From Octopus vulgaris (taxonomy: Eukaryota): 64,000 nucleotides of DNA. Below the pieces are notes generated by a model that was not told where the DNA came from, made no database searches, and worked only from the letters and a program-made list of their open reading frames with translations. Both the position numbers and the translations under genes were made by a program. Positions 55,262 through 64,000 of the stretch are shown here, in pieces. Positions within the stretch are counted from its first letter, which is position 1. Each line of letters starts with the position of its first letter. The DNA lies in NCBI GenBank assembly GCA_951406725.2, contig OX597815.1, positions 199,206,001 through 199,270,000 of the forward strand, written 5' to 3'.

Positions 55262-55535
55262 TTGGCATTGGTGTCGATCGAGTTTTGCGTTGGTTTTTGG
55301 TATTGAGGAATTGACGGTTGTGGCGTTAAGTGTCGGCTGATAACTACGGTAGCGGTGATGGTAGGGTGTAGTGGTGGGGGGCGGAGTTGTGGGGGTGGAT
55401 GGTTGGCAGTGGTGGGGCAAGGGGCAGTAGTGAGGCGGAGTGTGGTGGTGGTGGTGGTCAGTGGCGGTGGTGTTAGGTTTGCTGGTGGCGGCGGGGGGGG
55501 GGAGGTAATGATTTCGTTTGTAGTTCTGGGAATAC

Positions 55536-55570
<35 letters not shown>

Positions 55571-55579
55571 GTCATGACG

Positions 55580-55612
<33 letters not shown>

Positions 55613-56709
55613 GTGCAGATGAAGATGGTGGGGGTGGTGAAGATGATGTCGATGGGTATGATGACGATGGTCATGACGATGATCATGATGATGATCATGA
55701 TGATCGTGATCATCATTACAATCACGATGACGACGATGATGATGATGATGATGAGGAGGAGGAGGAGGAGGAGTAAGGTGATGCAAACAACGGTGATGGT
55801 CATGGTGAGGATAAAGCTGATGATGATGATGATGATGATGACGATAGTGGTGTTGGTAGTATTGGTGCTAGAAGCGTTAGTGGTTGATGGCGTGAAATCG
55901 ATTGTGTTGGCAGTAGTTGTAGCGGTGGTTAGGATACCAATAACTAAAAGATGGCTGTCGAGGTGGAGCGGTGGAGAGGTGAAGCGGAGAGGCGGAGAGG
56001 TGGAGAGGCGTCGCTAATGCTAGTTACGTGAGGTGGTGAAGTTAGTGGGCCTGGCGGTGCAGTTGCCGACGGCTGGTAGTCCTAGTGGTGTTGTTGTTGT
56101 TGGTGGTGGTGGTGGTGGTGGTGGTGGTGGTGGCGGCGGCGGCGGCGGTGATGGTGGTGATAATGGAGACGGATGGTAAGCAGGGTGATGGAGGTTTTGA
56201 TGGTCGTGGCGGTTGTGGCAAAGCATGTGATACTGGTGGTTGTACAACTCGTAGTAAAAGTGGTAGTGGTGGTGGTGGTGGTGGTGGTGGTTGTGGTGGC
56301 AGCAGCGGTGATGGTCACTGTGATTGGCATACTTGCTGCTGTCCTTGTTGTTGTTGTTGTTGTTGTTTTTGTTGGTGTTGCTGTTATTGTTGTGGTTGTG
56401 GTTGTTGTCGATAATGATGGTGGTATAGATGGGCGTGTGAGGACTGCGTTGAAGGAGGCGCGGCAAAACGAGGCGGCGTAGATGGTGGCGCTGCAGAGGG
56501 TGACGATGTTCATTGTGTATAGTGGTGCAACTATTGTTGTCTGCAACTGCACCCATTTTATTTATTTATTTATTTATTTATTCGTTCATTTCTTTCTTTA
56601 TTTATTTATTCTACTGCAGCATCAAATACATTAGCAATTGCTATAGCTGTTACATCAATAGTGTCAGAAAGAAAATATTGTTACAGATCTAACGAAACCG
56701 ACATCATCG

Positions 56710-56740
<31 letters not shown>

Positions 56741-56796
56741 AATCGTCATCATTCTCGTCATCATCATCATCATCATCATTCTCATCATAATCATTC

Positions 56797-56827
<31 letters not shown>

Positions 56828-56846
56828 TCTCATCATCATCATTCTC

Positions 56847-56878
<32 letters not shown>

Positions 56879-56955
56879 TCTCATCATAATCATTCTCATC
56901 ATCATCATCATCATCATCATCATTCTCATCATAATCATTCTCATCATCGTCATCG

Positions 56956-56995
<40 letters not shown>

Positions 56996-57027
56996 TCTCA
57001 TCATCACCATCATCATCATCATCATTC

Positions 57028-57097
<70 letters not shown>

Positions 57098-57830
57098 AAT
57101 CTTTCTCATCATCACCATCATCATCATCATCATTCTCATCATAATCATTCTCATCATCGTCATCGTCATCATCTTCATTCTCATCATCACCATCATTATC
57201 ATTGTTAACATTATCATCGTCAGCAGCAGGAGCGTCGTCGTCGCCGCCACCATCATCGAACAGCAATATTACTAAAGTGGGGAATACGGTGGCGGCGGCA
57301 GAGGAAGGGTGATGGTACTGCTGTTGCTGATGTTGTTGTTGGTGTTGTTGTTGTTGTTAGTGGTGGTGGTGGCGGTTGTGGTGGTGGTAGTGGTGGTGGT
57401 CACTATCATTGTTCTGATGACGGTGTTGAGGGAAAAGAGGAGAAAGATGTGGAGACAGAAGGGAAGGGGGAGAAAGAGGAAAAGGAGAAAGAACAAGACG
57501 AGGAGGAAGCTGAGGACATGGAGGGAGAGGAAAGGCAGAGGGGGGAGGGCGGAGTAGAATGGTGGAAGTGGTAGTTGTGGTGCTGTGGTGGTGAAGGTGG
57601 TTGTAGTGGCGTGGATGGTAGTGGTGATGGAAGCAGCGGCAGAGGCGGCGATGGTGATGGTGGTATTGAATAACGAGATTTATTACGACCATGATGATGA
57701 TGATGATGATGTTGATCGTGATGATAACCACGATGGTGGGGAGGAGGAGGAGAAGAACGAGGATGATGTTGTGAATACTGTTGAGGACAATAATATTGAT
57801 GCTGTTATTGTTAATGAAGTTCAATAACGA
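54960..57830. repeat. Low-complexity block of (TAG)n, (GAT)n, (GGT)n, (GTT)n and (CAT)n
   Basis: Direct reading; recurring attctcatcataatcattctc unit in 56700-57200. Confidence 0.9.
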
Positions 57831-57969
57831 TTTTGAAATTGTTAGTAATTATTTTTGAAGAAATACAAGACAACGTGTTGTCCTTTACTTCACCGTTTTA
57901 CCTGCTAGAAAAAAAGAAAAACAAAACAAAATAGGAAATACAGTTCTATGTGTAAGAGATGTGGAATTA

Positions 57970-58139
57970 AGGAGTGGCTGTGTGGTAAGTAGCTTGTTTA
58001 CCAACCACATGGTTCCGGGTTCAGTCCCACTGCGTGGCACCTTGGGAAAGTGTCTTCTACTATAGCCTCGGGCCGACCAAAGCCTTGTGAGTGGATTTGG
58101 TAGACGGAAACGGAAAGAAGCCTGTCGTATATATGTATG

Positions 58140-58195
<56 letters not shown>

Positions 58196-58400
58196 TGTGT
58201 TTGTCCCCCTAGCATTGCTTGACAACCGATGCTGGTGTATTTATGTCCCCGTTACTTAGCGGTTCGGCAAAATGAGATCGATAGAATAAGTACTGGGCTT
58301 ACAAAGAATAAGTCCCGGGATCGAGTTGCTCGATTAAAGGCGGTGCTCCAGTATGGCTGCAGTCAAATGACTGAAACAAGTAAAAGAGTAAAGAAAAAAG
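57970..58400 (+). mobile_element. SINE family B
   Basis: Near-identical to 59722-60160. Confidence 0.9.
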
Positions 58401-58478
58401 AGAGTATTATCTACATTATTTATATTATTTATATTATTTACAATTGACGGATATTTGTCCTCATACTTGTTTGTTGTT

Positions 58479-58524
58479 AACACAACGTTTCAGCTAATAT
58501 ACCCTCCAGCCTTCATCAGGTGTC
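58479..58524 (-). ncRNA. Minimal hammerhead motif in a PLE pLTR remnant (58410-58541)
   Basis: GACAC CUGAUGA A GGCUG gaggguauau UAGCU GAAA CG UU GUGUU; flanks match 18030-18135. Confidence 0.75.
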
Positions 58525-58544
58525 TTGGGGAAATTTCGAACTTG

Positions 58545-58955
58545 TTAAATCACTTGGGATCATTTGGATCGACCAAATGTCTGATGCCGAGTCGGCCACA
58601 GCATTCAGTTCATACCCCTCTCTTACTCTCGTTATTATCCTCCACATTACTCCAAACATTTTTCTTAGATCATCTTCCCACCTGACTGGAGGTCTTCTGA
58701 GTGGTCTCCTCCGCTCGCTCGAGTACCACCGATGCTTTATACTTTCTTTTTCTGGGTTTTTTTTTTGTATTTGTTTCAATCATTTGACTGTGGCCATGCT
58801 TGAGCATCGCCTTTGATTGTCTGTGAACCTTGTAATATGACCGGCTCATCGTAGCTTTGCGTGGTGGTATTCTGTGACGACGTCCTTCGCTCCACTTCGA
58901 TTTCTGATCTCTTCGTTCCTGGTGTGATCTCTTAGCCAGACACACAGTCGGTTGT
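58545..58955 (-). mobile_element. RTE-clade LINE 3' fragment split by a SINE B tail (58745-58815)
   Basis: LRDHTRNEEIRNRSGAKDVV..KLR*AGHITRFTDN | RWYSSERRRPLRRPPVRWEDDLRK. Confidence 0.8.
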
Positions 58956-59081
58956 TAAATGCCTTGCAATTAATGGGTTTCGCGACAGGATTTCCTTCGG
59001 TCTTAGGTTTCTTTCATCAAGGTTGACCAAGGGCTAAATGACAACCAGGATTTTCACTATTACCACTATCACCATTACCTA

Positions 59082-59308
59082 TATCTTTACTACCCACAAG
59101 GGGCTAAACACAGAGGGGACAAACAAGGACAGATATAGGTATTAAGTCAATTACATCGACCCCAGTGCGTAACTGGTACTTATTTAATCGACCCCGAAAG
59201 GATGAAAGGTAAAGTCGACCTCGGCGGAATTCGAACTCACAACGTAACGGCAGACGAAATACGGCTACGCATTTCGCCCGGCGTGCTAACGTTTCTGCCA
59301 GCTCGCCA
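59082..59308 (-). mobile_element. SINE family A monomer with LINE-like tail
   Basis: Family A motifs. Confidence 0.88.
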
Positions 59309-59721
59309 TTACCATAATAAAAAGCCCTGTTGCCAATATCAAAACCACTAACAACCCCATTACCACCACCACTACTAACACCGCTATCGATGCTACCAAT
59401 ACCACCCCCAACAGCAAAATCCACCACCAGCCACCGTCAACAATACCATTGTCAATGTGATTCTTCCTAGCATCGTCTCCGAAGTACAGACAAACGTCTA
59501 GATGCACACGTTGCATTTTAGAATTCTAAACGTTAGATTGTTGCCGTTCTTTCCAAGACACTATGATCAGACATCGTGAAGAATGCTTTCGATATTAGTT
59601 TTAATTCCCTATGTAACTGTGAGCAGACATTGACAACCTCTTGACGTCTCTCCAGCCCCTTTGGCCGATCAGGAATAAAGGGCTGCACTAAACCCGACCG
59701 CTACACATTTTTCAGCATAGT

Positions 59722-60160
59722 AGGCGCAGGAGTGGCTGTGTGGTAAGTAGCTTGCTTACCAACCACATGGTTTCGGGTTCAGTCCCACTGCGTGGCACCT
59801 TGGGCAAGTGTCTTCTACTATAGCCTCGGGCCGACCAAAGCCTTGTGAGTGGATTTGGTAGACGGAAACTGAAAGAAGCCCGTCGTATATATATATGTAT
59901 ATATATATATATATGTGTGTGTGTGCGTGTATGCTTGTGTGTATGCTTGTGTGTCTGTGTTTGTCCCCCTAGCATTGCTTGACAACCGATGCTGGTGTGT
60001 TTATGTCCCCGTCACTTAGCGGTTCGGCAAAAGAGACCGATAGAATAAGTACTGGGCTTACAAAGAATAAGTCCCGGGGTCGAGTTGCTCAACCAAAGGC
60101 GGTGCTCCAGCATGGCCGCAGTCAACTGACTGAAACAAGTAAAAGAGTAAAAAAGAGAGT
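59722..60160 (+). mobile_element. SINE family B, full length
   Basis: tRNA-like head (tggctgtgtgg; ggttcagtccc), ccttgggcaagt core-like motif, internal microsatellite, tail gtaaaagag repeats. Confidence 0.9.
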
Positions 60161-60454
60161 AAAGAGTATAGTAGAGTGGACCAAGTGGAGCTGGAGTGTC
60201 GCCTTGTATTCGTTGCAGCAGGATATATTGAATCAAAGTGAGCTGTTACATTTAAGACACAATGTGCCACCCTGCCTTGGAACTGTACCTAATGACCGTG
60301 CATCTAAAAGCCTATTAGGTCATGAGACAACTCTCAAAAGACAAGAATGGTCACGATTGAACGGCTTAAATAAACAACCGAATCGTATGGAGTGACGGAC
60401 TTTGTTAGACATTTTAACACCAAAAAATGAGCCTTTAGCGGAGACCACGCTGCT

Positions 60455-60855
60455 TCAAGAAAGACTGAAGACGCTCGACCTTTATTCTCTAGAAAAACGA
60501 CGACGCCGTGGTGATCTCATTGTTGCTCTCAACGTCATAAGCGGAAAGTGTAACCTCTCGAAAGAGCTGTTCTTCACTCCTGCTCCAGAGCGTCGGCTGC
60601 GGGGTCATTCCGAAAAGCTCTATCTGCGACGATTTCATCTCAATCGAAGAAGAGGGGCTTTCTCCTTCCGGGTTGCGGATCCGTGGAATAAGCTGCCGGA
60701 CGAGATGGTGAAGATGCCACTTTGAACCGCTCGGTTCAAAGTCTCCCTTGACCACAAGTGGACTGAACTCTTTACATGAACACCACCCTGTACATAGCTC
60801 CATGTCCCCTTACATGGCCTTGCTTTTTGCTTTTTGAGCCAAAAAAATAACTAAG
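60455..60855 (+). mobile_element. CR1-group LINE 3' end
   Basis: ERLKTLDLYSLEKRRRRGDLI...RLRGHSEKL...RRGAFSFRVADPWNKLPDEMV matches the CR1 ORF2 C-terminal motifs. Confidence 0.88.
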
Positions 60856-60989
60856 TCTCCTGTTTGCGAATAACTTCGTCCATTCATTTCACCAATCCCG
60901 AAGGCCTTTAAAAGGAAAAAAAATCTTAGGCGCAGCCTCACCGCATCTGACTATGTATGCTATTGGAAATAAACAGCGTAAACATCAAT

Positions 60990-61157
60990 TTAATCATCGT
61001 CGTCGATGCTGTCATCTTCACAGCTGTCATCGTTTTCCGCTGTCTTCGATGTAACAATCACCATCGCGTTGTAGCTATCACCAGCGTCATCGCCGTATCT
61101 TCGTAGTTGTCATCGTCATCTCCACCATCATCACTACGACTACGCCACCGCTATCAA

Positions 61158-61214
<57 letters not shown>

Positions 61215-61336
61215 AATCGTCGTCGTTGTCGACACCATCATCGATATTATCGCCGACAACACTACCACTGCAAACATCATCGTCACCAACATCATTCATC
61301 ATCATCATCATCATAACTACTATCAACACCACCACC

Positions 61337-61369
<33 letters not shown>

Positions 61370-61426
61370 GTCAAGAACTTTACCACCACCATCACTATCA
61401 TCATCACTACCACCACAATCATCATC

Positions 61427-61458
<32 letters not shown>

Positions 61459-61735
61459 CATCACCATCCTCCTCCTCATCATCATCATCATCGTCATCAA
61501 CTTCACCACCACCATCACTATCATCATCACTACCACTACCATTATCATCATCACCACCACCACTGCCATCATCATCATCATCATCATCGTCGTCGTCATC
61601 ATCATCATCACTAACACCATTGTCATCACCATCGTCATCGCCACCACCACTATCATCATCATCATTATCGTCACCATCATCTTCACCATCACCACCACCG
61701 CTATCATCACCATCGTCATCACCATCATCACCGTT
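60990..61735. repeat. (CAT)n / (CAC)n low-complexity tract
   Basis: Direct reading. Confidence 0.92.
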
Positions 61736-61859
61736 GCAGTTTATTCTTGCTGTCACCATTATATCCTAGTTGCATCCATATATTTTTTCTATTACATTTC
61801 CTTTCACTTTATCTCGCATCCTTTCTGTTTCGTTTCTATTATTCGTTAATAGAAATCCG

Positions 61860-61906
61860 CACGTATGTTTATGTATACGAACATGTATGTATACACATGT
61901 ATATTA

Positions 61907-61950
<44 letters not shown>

Positions 61951-61955
61951 GTGTG

Positions 61956-62007
<52 letters not shown>

Positions 62008-62285
62008 GTTTGCATGTGAGTGTCCATGTATGCCTTTATATTATGCGTGACTTTGTGTGTTTCGCGTATGCGCATGCCCCCCCTACATATATTTATGCAC
62101 GAATGCATGCACGTATGTATGTTTATGTTTATGTGTTTATATACGTAAATGTGCCAGGATGTTATATATGCATACATGTATCTAAATCTATACTGTATAT
62201 ACGTTTGTGTGTGTGTGCATATACGTTTATGTATGTGTACATGTATACATGGATGCATGTAAATATGCATACACCTACATGCGTG

Positions 62286-62320
<35 letters not shown>

Positions 62321-63354
62321 ATGTATGTATGCATGTATGCATGTATGCACATATATATATATATGAACATATGTATTATATACATATATACTTATATATG
62401 TGTATATATATATACATACACACACACACACATATATATATATAAATATATGTATTATATACATGTATACTTATATATGTGTATATATATATATATACAT
62501 ACTTACACACACACACACACGCACACATATATATATATATATATATATACAAACGCGCGCGCAGACATATATACATACATGTATACACAGAAATACACAT
62601 ATGAATATAAGTATAAATGTGTATACCTACGTAGGCTTTTATATATGTGTTGTATGTGTCTAAGAGTGTGTGTATTAGTATGTAAGTATATGCATGCGAG
62701 CACGGTATGTTTAGTTCCAAGATGGCTGCTGCTACCTACAAGATGATCCATTGTTCAGACTAAGTGACTTTAAACGCCATTAAAATGACTGCCACCTGAC
62801 TATGCTTCTTTTCAACTACGGCGAGCATCCATTAAGTCTTGGAAAGCAAGCTATTTTATCAGGATGGTTTTGTTATGAATAAGTGATGTTTTCCTTTCGT
62901 GCTTTTGTTTCCTACCCATGGGAGGAAAGAATGAACGACAGAAAGAAGGAAAGAAAAATTGAAATAATGAATGAAAGGAATGAAATAAAGCAGAAAGGTG
63001 GGAGATTGTACGAAGAGGTGAGAGAGAAAGTGAGAGAGACACAGAGAGAGAGAAAGTGGGAGCGAGTGTGTGTATGTGTGCAAGGGTGGAAATAAAAGGA
63101 GGAAGGAGAGGGAATGACTGAGCGAGCAAGAGAAAGAGAAAGCAGCTGTAGGAGAGTGTGAGAGAAAAGGAGAGAGAGAGAAAGAGAGAGAGAGAGCGAG
63201 GGAGAATAAGTAAGGATAGAAAAGCAAAACAAGAAAGAGAGGAAATGTGGGTGAGAGTGAGAGGGGTGGCGAATGTCAAAGACAGATATGGAGCGGAGTT
63301 TACAGTGACTATTTCCTGTGAAGCATGTACGCACGTACATATATATATACATAC

Positions 63355-63421
<67 letters not shown>

Positions 63422-63434
63422 CATACATATATAT

Positions 63435-63467
<33 letters not shown>

Positions 63468-64000
63468 TAAATACATACATATATGTGTGTATATATATAT
63501 ATATATATACATATATACATACATACATATATATATATATATACATAAATACATACATAAATACATACATATATACATACATATATATGTATATATATAT
63601 ACATATACATGCATATCGACATACATTCATGCGTACTTTCATGCATATGTACATATGTACATGCATACAAACATACATTCATACATGCATACATACATTC
63701 ACACACACAGGTACGTACATAGATGCATACATACATGCATACATACACACATACATGCACGCATACATGCATACAGACAAACATACATGCATACATACAC
63801 ACGCATACATGCATGCATACATACATTCATACATGCATGCATAAAAGTATTTATCCATGCATATATGCATACATACATACATACATACATACATTCATAC
63901 TTGCATACACGAATGTATATATACATATATACATACATACATATAAGCATACATACACGCATACACACAAACACACACACACAAGAATGCGCACATACAT
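61860..64000. repeat. Degenerate (TA)/(TG)/(CATA) and GA-rich low-complexity tracts
   Basis: Direct reading; unique island at about 62700-62930. Confidence 0.85.

Noticed and set aside
55087-57827. Long low-complexity ORFs on both strands
   Set aside because: Degenerate triplet repeats; no recognisable protein or splice evidence.

Overview
AT-rich, repeat-saturated eukaryotic DNA with no intact protein-coding gene. The SINE families and long microsatellite tracts resemble those of coleoid cephalopods, probably Octopus (an inference from recalled repeat sequences, not a database hit). Almost all ORFs in the track are translations of microsatellites or SINEs. Recognisable content: at least 4 tRNA-derived SINE families (several with TSDs); fragments of Penelope-like elements (PLE; RT and GIY-YIG), Dong/R4, Tx1/L1-like, RTE and CR1 LINEs; a deleted mariner; two maT/DD37D-like remnants; two non-autonomous Helitrons; a pogo-type MITE; a decayed tRNA-Phe; and a histone H3 pseudogene. 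Most notable: (i) several unrelated minimal hammerhead-ribozyme motifs, including a U3-A8 core variant, some inside long fold-back elements sitting in microsatellites; (ii) a SINE forming ordered concatemers whose tail resembles the 3' end of a Tx1-like LINE in the same window; (iii) a densely pseudoknotted ~115-nt RNA candidate; (iv) the H3 gene body is inverted relative to its own ATG-GCT-CGT-AC start. All analysis was by eye; repeat boundaries are approximate unless termini or TSDs are quoted.
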